A stretch of 64,000 nucleotides of DNA from Marsupella aquatica (GCA_973895155.1 OZ316897.1:22295455-22359454), one strand, 5' to 3'; counted from the first letter of the stretch, positions 13,150 through 27,700 are shown. The notes: generated by a model not told the origin, from the letters alone. Program-made: numbers and translations.

Positions 13150-13650
13150 GTGGGAATTGCAAGACAAAATTCAGCAAGTTCCTGTTCCTCCCTGTCCCCC
13201 GTGAGCATCCTTTCCTTTCAGGAGTAGAATTGATGACACTGCAGGCTCGACTGATAGTATTCATTGGTTATAATCCCAGACCCACGTACCCGCCCACATA
13301 CTATTATGTACCCTGCCGGTTCCTTTCACATTGGCAGGTCGTTTGGAGCGCTTCCTCTCCTGCTGCGGGGGTTAAATTTCTGGTTTAGCTTCCTTTCTTT
13401 GGGGTCTACTTCCCTCCTGGTTTCCTGCCTCCCCGGTTTTTGGCTTGATAACCTTGAATGGTCCCCCTGGGTGCCAGCCGGCCTTTTCCTTAGTGGCAAA
13501 TTTTGCCACATTCCACCTTAGTTCCCAAAAAGCTTTCGCCACTTTTGACTAAAACTTGCTAGTATTTTCTTTCTCATCAAGCCAGTGTCCCACCTAATCA
13601 CAGGCCCCTTTAGCCCAAATCTAATGGTCACCCTTAAATCTAGGGAGATC
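13150..13650. mobile_element. Degenerate dispersed repeat (TE remnant), copy 1
   Basis: Colinear similarity with ~59100-59605 (GCCACT..TTTG...AAAACTTGCTAG; AGCCAGT.TCCCA; AATCTAA.GGTC; GACTGATAGT). No intact ORF. Confidence 0.45.
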
Positions 13651-16600
13651 TGACGGTCAGGAAAATAATAAGATAAGTAATATTTTGAGCATCTTCTCTT
13701 TCACACCACTGAATTTTAGTAGTGGCTGTGAAGAGAAGGCTCTCGTTGTGGATTATTTTATGGTAAATTTATTTACTTACTTAGGGTTTTGTTAATTGAA
13801 TCAACCAGAATAATATTTTATTCATAGATGAATAGTCGTGTCTCTTTAATAAGCCTTTCATCTAACCAATCACAAAACGAATAAAATTGATTTGATTGAC
13901 AAAAACTGAATTTTTGGAATGGACAGCCCCCTGGCCCTATGGGAACATTCAACACTCTGGCAAGAAACAAAACACTTAAAGAATACGCTGGTCAGTGCCA
14001 AAACCCTTTAAAAAATTGGGGTGCCGACCCCAATTTGTGGGCCACCCCTGTTGCTTTTTGAATGTACTACACTTGGTGTTTTCGAAGGAAAAAAGAAAAG
14101 TGAGCACCCTTACCGCACCTTGATAAGCTGTCCTCGCATATCGCCGCGCATCGAGAACTTATTGAAAAAATAGACAGGCCCTCGACATTGTCACCCACCT
14201 GGATATACGGAATGCTGGATTTAAAGAAGTGGAGGAGCTGCGGCTGTTCGGCTATTTGACAGTCGCATTTTCGAAGAAAAACCTCTCTTCGATGTTGCAG
14301 AATTTGCATCCATGGAATTGAAGCAGATACTGATCTTGTTGACTTGCCATTGTTTTGTTTCAATTCCCTGCAGCTCGCGTTCTAGACTTCCAGTGGACCA
14401 TCGACACCAGGGTGAAAGAATTAGGCATAAAACATCCCTGGACTTTATGATCAGCATAACAGCTGCATATCGAGCTGTATACCCTCGGACCAATGCAAGT
14501 GCATGTGCGATGTCCAATGCAAGTGCTTGTCGTGAATTTTGTAGCCTGTAACGCGTTTCCACAAATTTCGAAGTTCTCTATAATCGTGGATGCACTGCGT
14601 GAACTCCCCAGGGTATATGTAAGCTAGGTGTCCATCAAAGTACCTCGAGACAAACATTGTGAGCACAACGCACTGAGCAACCGATCCTAGATTGAGATGT
14701 TCCACTTTGAGCTGGTTTTGTATAACTCAAGCGCGCAATTCAGCTATCGCAAACCAATCATGTCGACGTTCGTTAATTTGGGATTGTGACGGGACTCCTG
14801 CAACTCTCCGAGCCAGTCCTACCTTAGCAGCGATGGGCGCCCAACAGAAATTGCAACATGTACGTCCAGGTATCAAGGACATACCTCTCATACTGTTACC
14901 TATCGGGTGCCGAGAGGCGCTGAGTCCATAATGGAGCTCGAAAGCCTTTCAATTCCAATCCGAGTAACCGAGGTTGGACCCCGCCCGCCGCCCCAACATG
15001 TTATGACAACCATTGCTTGGGCAACGCGTTGCACCATCCCGGAGTTCAAAACCCGTGAGCAGGGGGATAGCGGGTTTTCCGTGTTTCTGGCCCCAGTGAC
15101 ATCCACTTCTGCAAGCCCGGTTCAATCCAGGTCCCTCCACTCCAACACAATTGATTCGACCTGCAATACCTAGGTAGCCTGTGGCTACGAATTCACCATC
15201 GTCCGATTTCACCCACCGAGTACAACATAGTATCATCGACAGCAGCAGGCCGATACATCAGATACAACTGCTTTTGACAAAGAAGACGGTGATGGTGCTG
15301 TAGAGACGACTGCAAACAGGCTTTGGTGGTTCGCCAGGAAGCTAGCGAGCGAGCGCGTTCATTACTCCACAAGATGTCTACGCTGGACACAACCAGTAGT
15401 GAGTTAATTCAACGAGTATTGAATAGATTGAGCAAGTGTGGAGTTTAAAGTTCTGTCCGCGTTACAAAATACACTCGAATCAGTCTTTGTGCCGCAGTCT
15501 AAGGTGCATGCAATCAGGCGGGTGGTACCTTTGACTCTGCTAGTGTAGACTGACAGTTAGGGGTTCACTTGCAGAAAAAAACTATGTCGAGGGGCAGCAT
15601 ATAGAACACAATCAGGGCAACAACCAAGAAACAGGTACACTGATGAAGATGATAGGGTAATCTGCTGAGTTCTAATCTCGTTAATTGAGTACTTCTTCCT
15701 CTCCTCGATCAGGTGTTATTTATTATTGGAAGGGGATAAGTAGAGTCACTTACACTGGGATGCAACCCTGGACGTTGCAAGGGTGCGTTCAGTCACGGAC
15801 AGCCCCTCCTCCGTCACACGACTAAGCCGCCATTTAGCCAGCATTAACTCGCCTCACGTACAGTTGCGCCTCGTCCTCAATGTTTGGCGTCCTTAATGTT
15901 TGGCATGGTTGCTAAGGCTAAACAACATGGAGCCCTTGGTAGGAGAGTGCACCCATCAATGATTTGTAAGTTGTTCTATTGTGCACAAGAGCAAATCTTG
16001 AAAAATTGTAGAAGAAAGAATCAGACGACTTGACAAACCCCTTTATTGTTTTTCATCCAAATTCAGCGTTAGTACAAGATTCCAGTCTCCACAGTTTATA
16101 TTAAGTACTATGGTACATAGAAGGAATTCTGGGGTGATGTTGATTGTGGTTCCCCTACCAAAAACTAATCTGCAATGTGAAATGTATGTCTACTGTAGAT
16201 CTAAGCTTACCAGCTCGCCAGCGAGAGTATAAACGTAACTTCTAAGGACATGGTCTCGGTCATGCTGGAGTTTTCAAATGTCAGGACTGTGAGGTGTCCC
16301 TGGTTCAAGTAGGCGCCAGTGTAGACTGTGATATGTGCACGAGTGGACATCGACCTAATTTCTAACATTGTCGGTCAAAAATTAAAATCTACTATTGTAC
16401 ACAGTTACGTAGTCTGCTACTTCCATTTTCAAAACAAGGGCCAGATAACTGATCAGGTAGCCATGCATTTTAAAGAAGCTTGGGCACTAAACATCTCCTA
16501 TTTCAATAGAGTCAGCTACAGTAGCAGATCGAGAGTAATGTACATGATTGATAGGAGGAAGTCTTGCTTGAAGCGGATCGTCAGGCCCTGCTCGATATGA

Positions 16601-16656
16601 CTTGAACCTGTTTAATTCCGAAAAAGGAACGTATTCGCACTCAATAGGGTGAGACG

Positions 16657-19600
16657 TCAAGCTTGAAAAAACTCTGAGCCTGATCGTGTGTATGCCACAG
16701 TGTCGACCATGTTTCTCGAGACGGTTGCACCTCTTTCATCAAAGATACTCATCCCCGTCGACGCACTGATGTTTCCCAGACTTCTTCCTCGAGACTCGCC
16801 TTCGAAGCGGGAGCCATCGTCGTAAAGCATTGGAGAGAAGCCAACTGTAACATTCTTCGCAGTTGAGTTGTAGCTCGGCGCTGATGATTGAGGTCGATGG
16901 AACCGATTGATTTCGTTTACTTCACCCCGGTTCTGTATGCTCAGTGCAGCACCAGCATTGTCGTCATTCATGTTCATCATGGCGAAGCTTTGGTTTGAGA
17001 GTTGCTGACCGTCCATACCATGATTGCCTGCCGCAAGCTCTATGTGGTGACCATCACTAACAAAGCTACTGGCGTCTGGCGAGCTTTGACTAGATGGCCC
17101 TTGAAATCCAACATTATTAACGTTCAAGATCTGTCCGCCATGACTCGAAGCGTTACTGAGATCACTTGCTATCGAGGATTGTGAGTCGCAACGTCTTGGT
17201 CCTCGAATATCCACAGGTTTCGTGGTGGAGCTGTGAATCCCTCCGAGCTGTCTCGTCGTATGTGCTACTGCACCTCCATATGTGAGGTTGATGACACTAG
17301 CCGGTCGATTATTGAGCATTGAAGGATCAACTGGTGAGGAACCTGGAGGTGGGGACGCGTAGTCTGCTAAGCGAGGTGCGCCACTCCATGTCATGTGAGG
17401 AGTGAATGTCCTGGATATAGTTTTCTCTGGCAAAGCTGCTGCTCCAGATCCATCACGACCGTGAAACTGTGCTTGAACCATGTGAGCAGAACCTTTTCGA
17501 ATCTTGTGTTCCGAAGCCGCAGAACTAGGGGTCGACCAACCCGAGTTGCCCTGACTGCTCGCCACGGCCATAGCTCTTGATCTCGACCAAGAAGGGTGGT
17601 GGTCAGGACCCTGTAGACCCGGTAGCGGCAGAGGGGAATATAACATATTCACTAGAGTCCGATCGACAAGATTTGTCTGGGTTTCTATCTGAACCCTGCA
17701 CATACATACACGTAAAATGAGTCCTCATCTAGTACGTTATTGCTAGCTAGCGATTGTTGTATATATCGTTGAGATGTCATTCAGGGCCTTGGAATAATGA
17801 GACGTCAAATACAGAATGGTCCGATAAGAAATTGCTATATGTTTTCACTACCAGAGCTCAAGCTAGTGCTGGACCAAAAGGTTACCATTTCATTCCTAGA
17901 CAACTTCAAATAGTCATGTGATAAAGGAGGTATGAAGGGATCCTCGGGAGGGAGGCCCTCTTTGCTCTCAAGCGTTCGGCCTGAGTGGTGTCTATATCGA
18001 GTTTCTGAACATCATCTCAAGAGTTGGTCTCCATATCTGCGTGGGCCTTTAAAGATCATACCTGAACTGTGGTTCTGAAGTGGGTCTATCACAGGAATCC
18101 AAATCCATATTTATCATAGCAGCATAGTCAGGTTCTGCAGAAGTGCGAGTTGAGTCTTGCCGCTCGCGAGCGCTTCTAGCCAATCTATACAGAGATTCTT
18201 GGAAACCCAGCCGTGTGCCCATGTCCAGCTGCACATTAAGCCAACAATTAAAGCTGTCAGTTCATAAACCCAATTGATACTAGTACAGAATTGAAATATC
18301 ACTGACAATGTAACATTTACCCGCCTGTGATACGTACAATTGAATTTCCTTATTTATGTCCTCTGACTTAGTGGTTCGAACTGAGTACTAAAGATTATCA
18401 AACGGTTGTCGACTAAGTCGACTCAATCCCTTGCTAAGTAAGATTTCTTAAATTTAAACATTTGGACCGTTCACCGATTTACGAAATATATTTTGTAAGA
18501 CATGTGTTAAGACCCTACTAATATGATATCTCAATCAGCCAAATTAACCTAGCCAAGCGCTGGAATCAGACTGGAATTACGAAACTAAGTACTTCGAAAT
18601 TATAGAAGGCGAAATGGGATCAGCTTCACCTGAAGCACTTTCTCTTGAAATTGTTTTATCACCAGTGCTTCAGTGTCTTCCACATCTGTCTTCGTCTCCA
18701 TCGAGAAGGCGGACCCAGGTGAACCCCTATTGTCTGTGTGCATATCCTGATCACGCAGCTTATTAGCTGTCGGAAAGAACCCTCGTGAGAAGAGGAGCTG
18801 TTGTTGTTGTTTCTGCGGCAGCTTCTGCTGCTGCGGGTGTGGGTGTGGGTGTGGGTGCATCGGATGTTTATCGGGACCATTCGGAATCCCATCAGCAGTA
18901 ATACCAAACTTTAGCTTGCTGCCTCCGGCACCCTCACGTTTTGGCGGCGATCCCTGACTCTTTTTGTCAAAGGATCTCCTCCTCTCGAGCCGGTTTTTCA
19001 TCTGTTCGCGCATCTGTTTCTGGGCAAAAGCCATCATCTGCATCTTTTCAAATTCTTTGGGCAGGCTGCTGCTCGCTCCTGGAGATCCAGCTGGAAAATC
19101 AGACCTGGTTGTTCTCTCAGTTTGCAATGCTTGCCTTCGATGCAGTAAAGACTCGTCTGACTGGTCTTGCTTGAATGGAACACTTCCCACAACAGGGTCT
19201 GTCTGCCGTACTCCGCTTCGATAAGAATAGTTCGCATGATATGCACTGGAAGTAGGTGGCTGTAAATCAAAGCCTTGGTGCCGAGCTTGATGGTCAGAAG
19301 ACTGAGGAGTATCATGTTGTTGCGGAAACAGTTTCGAACCAGAGAGAGAATTTGGAGTCTTGAAGTCTGCCTGGTCTGGGTATGGAGACCACGAAGGTTG
19401 AATCGAATCATTGGGGAAACTATGTGATTCCAAGCGAGAGTCTGCAGGCACGAATGATAACGGTGGTGGCTGCTGCAACAGTGCCCGCAGTGCTGATCGT
19501 GAAGATCTCTCTGTGGTGGCAGTTGGGAGAGCTTGCATAGGGGTTGGGGACCAGTAAGAACTATCTTGCACTTGCTTTTTCATCGCGTCCATCAAATCAT

Positions 19601-19909
19601 GGTCATTCAACAACTTTGTTCCATGCACTAGACAGGTCTGTAGTGATCGACGGCAAGCCAATGAAACATAGTGTTATTGTTAGAGCATAATTGCTAGCAG
19701 TTCTTGCTAGTACATAGTTTACAACATCGAAGAGAATGATTCAAGTACATCGAGCAATCAGGCGCACAGTTCTGTCAATTGACATGTATGCTGTGGAGCT
19801 CATGGCATGGAATTAAACGAGAATGTGACAGACTTTATTAAACAAAACCTTGACATACTTCTCTGGGAATCGCACCCATCCTCAGCGGATGGATCACACA
19901 GGTGGTCAT
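16657..19909 (-). CDS. LNK: LNK-like (night light-inducible and clock-regulated) co-activator, ~754 aa
   Basis: Frame-consistent exons 19637-18630, 18228-18062, 17695-16657, plus a tentative first exon 19909-19859. Spliced protein has QLDMGTRLGFQESLYRLARSA and ETQTNLVDRTLVNMLY, matching the two conserved LNK C-terminal motifs (LDxxTRLCIRDSLYRLAxSA; ETxTNPIDRxIAHLLF). 5' end uncertain. Confidence 0.82.
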
Positions 19910-22323
19910 TGCGCTTTAGTCGCCAATCTCAAGTTGGCACAGCAAAGTCGGCCTCGTGTATATACGTGCTTTCGGATCAACATGTACACCTACAACCACA
20001 AGAAGCACCTTCGTGACTTGATACTTCTTGGACTGTCGTCAACATCAAATCAGTCAGCGTCGATGAACACCACGATTTGGCCCGATGTTGTGGGCTGATT
20101 TTCCAACCTCCGGGAAACCCGCATCTAAACATAGATAATATTTTTAAGAAACCATAAAACAACGTTTTCTGAGTAAGTGGGTCCAATTGGTGTGAAGTGA
20201 GTCCGTCAGCCACTCAGCCTGGAGGGCAGCTCCACTGTTCACCTATGCAAATGAACACTTGCCGTTAGGGCCGGGCTTAGGGCAACACCCTTTCATAGTG
20301 GAAGCTGTGGTTTACGAAACTCCAAGCACACAGTCCAAAGACAAAGTCAGCACACCGCAGCCATGTTTTGTTCCTGCTCCAATTGCGGGTCCAATTGAGT
20401 AATGGATTACCAATTGGACTAAAGACTGACAATGTTATGTTTGGACTCTTCTTCTTGTTTTGTGTAGGTTCTTTCGTACACGTATCTTTAGTTTTCGTCC
20501 ATCTCAAAGGAAGAATGTATGATCAACATTCAGAATTAATGTATTTTTGGGGCAATCTTTCACGAATAAAACAGTTCATAACAGCTAAGTTTCCATTAAA
20601 ATACCCCTTTAAATGTTTAGAATAGAAGCACTGCAGTTGTTCTACCACAACAGTTCACAACGGTCCTGAAACGTCACATTTCATTCAAATAATATGTTGC
20701 TTGGTGTTTTTACGTGATGGAAAGCATAATCATGTAGACAAATCGTACGAGTCTCCTACAAGAAACCAAAGCTCCAGTGGATTGTAGCATTGGCAAGATG
20801 TCCCTCCTAGCGTTAGCTTACTCCAAACAAGGTATAAAACACAGATAGTAGGAGCCAAATAAACAACCAAATAACAAGTTTTGAGCTGAACTATATATCT
20901 ATGGCTATCTACTTCTATTCATAAGAAGCACTCCCTCAAGCTTGGAAGGAAGAAAACTCAATGATCAGTCAAATACTTGAGGGTTTTAATTTGAAAATGG
21001 GGTGCTCAAGGTGCAGTCGTTATTAGTAATACTACTTGCAACAAGAGGCAAATTAATGGTACAATCATGTGCAGGTACTATATACTAGCTAGTACATAGA
21101 GATGGTGGTATGTCAGCCAGGTAATTAAGATTGTACTTACCTGAACACAAGTTTGAGCAATTGAGAAGGGTGTCCACCCTACTGATATGCAGAATTTAGT
21201 TACGCTAGCCTGATTACCCATTCCTTGAACATAAATCAGGATGAGACAAAAACATCTTTCAAAACAAAATTATCTGGTTCATCATTCTGAACGACTACTA
21301 TTATATCCCTTTTACAGGGAGGATTTATTGAACGTCTAGCTATAATGCTAAATGAATAATTGCTGATTAAATTATCCTACCAATTACCAAAACACCCCTA
21401 CCTTGCAATCATGCACTCTATTGGGAACATCCTTGTCTAGATTATCTATGCTACTCATCCTTATCCATGGAGAGCCACAAAACAAATCTATTAATGGTAG
21501 TTCTCCCTGGATACGTATCCACTATGCCTCTCTTCATCCTAGCACAGCACCAACACCATCATATATGATGTCAATGACAAGCAAAATGCCTAGAAACTGC
21601 TGCGGGAGTAGTTGCAAACTCTCTTACTACAAATAAACCTGGTCCAACAATGAACCACCAAACCACAATCATGAATAATATTCTCTCCTCCTAATACTCA
21701 GGCTGCTAATACTAGAGAACTGAGGGAACTACTATATATGAAATCCAATGTGGAGGTCTTGACCCCCTAATATTGACATGTGAACCAACCATACAATGAC
21801 ATGTGTCCTTGCCATTTTGGCATGTATATGATACAAACTTTAATATTACTTATATTGTGCCACACGTTTATAGGGCCCGGGTGTTTCAAAAAATTTCAAA
21901 GATTAGTTTGCATTGAACTAAATATACCCTTGTGTCGTTTGCATGCACATCCTCCACTTATTACTTTTACTAAGGGCCCAAGGGCTCTAGACGCACATTT
22001 GCTCCAATTCGCACCATGTGCTTTTTAATTTTTTTATGGCTAAGCGCTCTGTTGAGAGCAAATAGCGATACAAGTAACACTCTATGAGCATGACAAACAT
22101 GATTTCTTTCTTAGGAAACCAATGGCAATACAATTTCGCTATTTGCATGAAAGGTGTGGTTCTGGACCAAGGATACCCATAATAGAAGGAGGATTGCAAA
22201 AGGGTGATACAAGTTTGTTTAATAGCATGTAAAAGTTATAGACCTCGAGTAGCCTCGAGTATTCAAAAGTGACATTTCTGAGTTTGAGTGTTTTCAAGCG
22301 AGGAATAGCTGGTTTAGAAAGAC

Positions 22324-22588
22324 AACATGCTTCAGCTGTATAGCTGTATACTTAGAAACACAACATGCTTTTATTTACAGGTAACGTGTTCCAGTTGTAT
22401 AGCTGCATAGAAAGATAACATTCTTTATTTACAAGCTACATGCTTCAGTTGTATAGCTGTATAGAACGACAACATCCTTTTATTTACAACTAACGTGCTC
22501 CAGTTGTATACTTAGCTGTATAGAACGATAACATCCTTTATTACAAGTAACATGCTTCAGTTGTATACCTGTATAGAAAGACAACATC
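22324..22588. repeat. Minisatellite, ~5 x 55-60 bp
   Basis: Unit ACATGCTTCAGTTGTATAGCTGTATAGAAAGACAACATCCTTTATTTACA with substitutions. Confidence 0.85.
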
Positions 22589-24578
22589 GTTAAGTATACA
22601 GAGTTGAAAATGGCTGCGTACCCAAAACAACATCTTGGCCGTGATCCCCTATATGCTTTCCGACGATGAGCATACAATAATGTTCAATCCTCGTCAACAT
22701 TTCGTAACGAGCTCGTTTTGTTGGACTATTGTTTTCGCTCTTTCGATAAGGCTCTGAGCTTCAAGCCACATCTAACCGCCAAAGAGGGATTCTGGCGCAC
22801 GTCAGCAGATGCCAGCGACTGGGATCCCACAGTCCATAAATCCTTTGCTCCATCGCATAGATTGAGCTGTGAAATTTGAATTTTCAATATATGTACTTTC
22901 AATCAATACATTGCGACCACTAGGGAACCTTGCAATCCCAAAGGGAATTTTCTGTCCTATTTCTGGGATGACGGAATTACAAGTTCTGCCTGATCGAGGA
23001 TCAATGGACATTATTGAAACGATGATAAGCTGATCGATAGCTAAAAGCAGGTTGATGAATTGGGCACTTCCTAGTTCTGTCAGGAAACAATTATTCCTCG
23101 ACACGAACATGAATAACAATATATTGAGCTTTGAATTCCCTCTGTCAGTTTAATCATGCTATGCTCAGTAAGCCCGTCTCTTCTCACCACACGTTAATGA
23201 GAAGTACATAGGTACTACTTCAAATGGAGAACTACTGCATCGCCTGATTACCAGCAGTTAGGGCCGGGACGATTCCTTTTGTATCAACACATACTACCCA
23301 TTTCAAATGTCTACAATCGATGATTTTTGTTCGTGTTTATTTAATCACAGAAGTATATATAATTGGAACACTGATCAGAGGGCACCGTCATCATTCAGGG
23401 CAATGCGAATATGGAGCTGTTAGTTTATTCCAGTTTCGATTTACGTTCCTTTACGAGGCTAGCTCATGACTCTAAGTCACTGAGGGCAATGCAAGTGGAA
23501 TTTCCCACCCCAGTTTTGAGTAATAATCTGACAGCAGCCAACTTTCTGCCTCGTTAAGCTCAACATAATTGTCTGTCTCCTAAGTGATTCCATCAGTGGA
23601 AGCAAACTCTGAGAATTAGCAGAAGTTAATTACTGGTCCAGTCTTGTCCGTCAGGCTTTCACAACAATTATAATTTTGGTATTTGAGGGACAAATATATA
23701 TGGTCGTCGTTTGCCACAAAACTCTGTCCACAATGGAAATGGATATTGTAGATAATCGGTATTCGTCAAGCACTGTATGGAAAATGTTTGAAAATCTAAG
23801 AAAACTTCATCATTTCAAATGTCCACTCAATCATAACGTCATGTTTTTTGTTTTTTATATCTCACTGGAGGCTAGGAATCAAGTTTCACAAATTGTTTGG
23901 AGGCAACCGTCATTAATTGTTATGGAGTGCATGTATGTGTTGCCATGACGCATCGAGCCCTTCAAAAAACTTGGAGCGTTCATGGATAATGTCGAACTTG
24001 GCGGTATATTTTACTAGATGTTGAGGTTTATCTGTTCTTCTTAATCCCTTGACTTATTGGGACTTGTTTGCTGTCATTGTCTCATCGGGGTATCCTGCAG
24101 GTCCGTGTGACTTACGTTTATTATTCCGTTGTTAGCACTCATACTCCTTGCCTCGCCCACAAGCCAAACAGTTAGGGTTGTGCCCGATCATCCTGATAAC
24201 TGAAGACAATAAATTGCATCTTCATGAAGACAATAAAGCCGGACGGTGGTTTACTACGTACCCAGCTTTGAACTCCACCAAAGTTGGTCGGTTTTTGCAG
24301 CTGTTTACTTACTATGACAAGATTCTGCCATGTCCTACATATTGACTAAGAAAACAGTCTCGTATTTGAAGTGACACTTCCTATGTGACTGGCCGAAATT
24401 TTCTCTCCCAGTCACATCCAGATTATCTCGGGCTGATTAAGCTTCATGGTAGACGTTTAGGAGCAACTTACCAAATGCAGATCAGATGACTTAGTAGGCT
24501 GAGATATATTGTAGGCTGAGACTAGCCTTTGTGGCAAATGCTCAAAGCCTTCCACCTGTATGCTGTCCTCTGACTCTT

Positions 24579-24724
24579 GAGTGAGTGAGTGAGTGAGTGA
24601 GTGAGTGAGTGAGTGAAGTGAAGTGAAGTGAAGTGAAGTGAAGTGAAGTGAAGTGAAGTGAAGTGAAGTGAAGTGAAGTGAAGTGAAGTGAAGTGAAGTG
24701 AAGTGAAGTGAAGTGAAGTGAAGT
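24579..24724. repeat. Compound microsatellite (GAGT)n-(GAAGT)n
   Basis: About 9 GAGT units followed by about 22 perfect GAAGT units. Confidence 0.97.
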
Positions 24725-27700
24725 AGTCAGACTGCAATCTCAAGGGGAAGTAGTTGTCACCTGGCCTGGACAATGTTAAATTTTTTAATTCCTAGATCCT
24801 GAAACAGACTGCCTCCTATAGTAAACAGCTTCATCGGCAGAATCGTTTAAATTAAAATTTTAGACACATCGACAGAATCGTTTAAAGTACAACTTTAGAC
24901 ACTGACGAAGATACTAGCTGTCATAAACATGCATCCTATCCAAGATTGAGACATTGCTTCCAGATCTGCTAGCTCTCCAATTATGGCATCCTGTCTGCTA
25001 GTGCCGTGCACGTATTTTCACAACCAGAATCATTGTCTGAATCTAGGGAAATTGATCTTTCCCTGGCCACGAATTGAGACTGATCACACTCATTTTGTGA
25101 TTATTATTATTATTACGCCCACTAAGATCTTCATGAATGGTGTCAGGCACTAACATCGTAACCTTTACCCTGGCGAGGAAAAACTCGATAACAAGGTGAT
25201 CGCCCCAGGCTGTTGCTTCAACCTGACTCACCCTTTCCTAGCTTTTTGAACCCCGTTTGGACCACTTTCCTTCTATCTGGACTGAGCTCTGCAAAGACTG
25301 CTATTCGAAGGGTCTCATGACTGTGGCAAACCCAGCCACCTCTTTTGATTACTTCACGCATTTGGTTAGCCACTTCTCTTCTTCCTTTACGTACCTGGTC
25401 GATAGCCTATATTTATGATATTCAATCAGTTATTACTTGAAGGTTACTCGAAGGCAACTAAGGCATACTCATTCTCGTCCATGAGATTTGAAGCAATACT
25501 ATACATGTATTACTTTTTTGAAACAATCAAAAATGAATTTTTCTTCCGCCTAGGAGACAGGTTTCAACTCTCGCTTCATTCTTAGTGGGCATTCAAAACC
25601 TGACACCACCTTGACCGCACTGCTAAGCAAATTTCTAAAGCCCTCTGGCGAACAGAGATTCCGCTAGAGGAACACCTTCGCTCATGCTTGCAATTGGGAC
25701 ATAATTGTACTCTCTTCCACAATATTACCAACCTTTGGGGCTTCTTCCTGATACATAGGGCGTTAAATCAGCAACGAGAGTTCTTTGAATAAATCGTGTT
25801 TAACTTCTATGGCAATACATGCACTTGCAGAGAAGTAATAGAGTTAATCTTGATATCTGTTTTTTATGTCCCATTAAAGACTTATAAGTAACCCATTATA
25901 ACTGCTCAACCTGCTCAACTTTTTCTATAAGTTTAGGGGTCTACAAGCTAGACCTAAAACCTTCGTAGGTGATGTGGGGGCTCCATACACGGAGACCACC
26001 AAATTGTGCACATCTCAAAATACTTTCAGGAAATTTCAAAAACATTTAACCAGTTTTGTTTGCTGAAGTCACATTTTTAATTTTGGTGAAAATAAGGATT
26101 TAGTAGCATCTAGCAAACAGAAAGTAGAGTAGTATGGATGCTCTTCTACAAGAACTTTTTACTATAAGAGAAAAAAAAAAAAAAGGCCAACATCATGCTA
26201 AACCCACAAAGGACCCGTATATTTTTAGACATGTAATGTATTAATTTTAATTGTTCTGTTTTTTTAGCGCTAGAGATGCTGAAAGGCAGGGATCTGGGAC
26301 ATTGAAAGGTGCAAGGTTTCAAAGGAAGAGTGGGAGAAGTAAAGGTAGTTGTTGGTTCATTTGACTCTGATAACCAACTAAGCCAGTTGCTCTACAGATG
26401 ACTCAGGCATTCATTGTTCTTTGTAGGGCCAAGGTGGTGGGCGGGGTTGGTTTAAGGTCCTCTAGTCAAATTCCTCTTGTCAGATTCCTCTTGTGACCCT
26501 CCTCTGCATCTACACTGGAGCACTACCAGGCTTTCCAGTTTGCTTACTAGCTAGAGCTTTAGTTCTTTTGTTGTTAGTACTGGGGTTTTAGGCTTTTTGG
26601 TCTAGCTTCTTGGGATTTTCCTTTGTTTAGTTCTGACTCCTGTAGTGGGCTTCTTGGCTTTTGTCTCCCCATATGGCACTTGTTGTTTATTGACTGACAG
26701 TGAACATTATGTATATAATCAATATGATAGTAACACGGTAGAATCTTCCAAGTCATAGAAAATTTATGTGACAAAATACACATATTAATTAATTAGTAGA
26801 GGACCATTCAAAGACTCTTGTAAATGAAGAGAATAACTTACCAATTTCCGGAACTAAGGCCAATTAGGCCAAGCTCCCAACATTTCCTCCGTGAGACTCA
26901 GTTTGCTTGATGTGCCTTGGCATCTCGATTAGCCACGCTCTGGCTTTTGCCCCAATTCTTGCCCTGGTTTGGACCTAACTGACAAAATATGAAACTGAAG
27001 GCCATGGACTCTAAACGTTTGACAAAATGCCTGGATGGACTAGCACGACCGCAATGCAAGTCTGCAAAAAGCCTTTTTGTATTCAGATAGCACTTTAATT
27101 CCCTTTGTAAACCAATTTCATACTTTTCTGGTCAACAGTGACCTGGTCCATAAGGGTTGCCAAGTTCATTAGTGTGGTCTAACCCAGCATTACTTTCAAA
27201 CAATATTTTGGCCTTGCATAAATCATCATAACTAATAAGTAATATTTTGTTAGATCCATATTTGCCAACCGGATGGCACTAGGGTATACTGCTTCTAATG
27301 GGACACAAAGGAGCTGGTCCCACATACAGTCGTCTCTCCCTAAGTGCACACTGTCAGGAAGAAGTATCCGAGGTGCACTAAATGGAATGGGAGTTTGCAC
27401 TACATGATGAGTGCAAAACCAGTAACTAAGTGTACACTGATAAGAGTGTACAGTTTACATCTCTTTCGAATTCTTAAATGTGCAGTATTCTCTTTCAGTA
27501 AACAGTCTTGTGACTTCCACACAAAATTGGACATCCATGCCCTAAATTTGATCCCCTACTCAATAGAAGTACAAGTTTTACTCCACAAATTAAAAGAAAT
27601 GTCATGCACTCATCAGTAAGTGAATTATCATGGGATTGTGTGCATATTAATAAGTGCTCATGTACGCTTATCACAATTTTGCAGCACTTGATTAGCTATT

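Noticed and set aside
10934-14050. hAT-like element bounded by CAGGGGTG ... CACCCCTG
   Set aside because: Only an 8-bp terminal match, no TSD and no transposase remnant recognised.
24522-24773. ORF with (FTSLH)n repeats
   Set aside because: Translation of the (GAAGT)n microsatellite.
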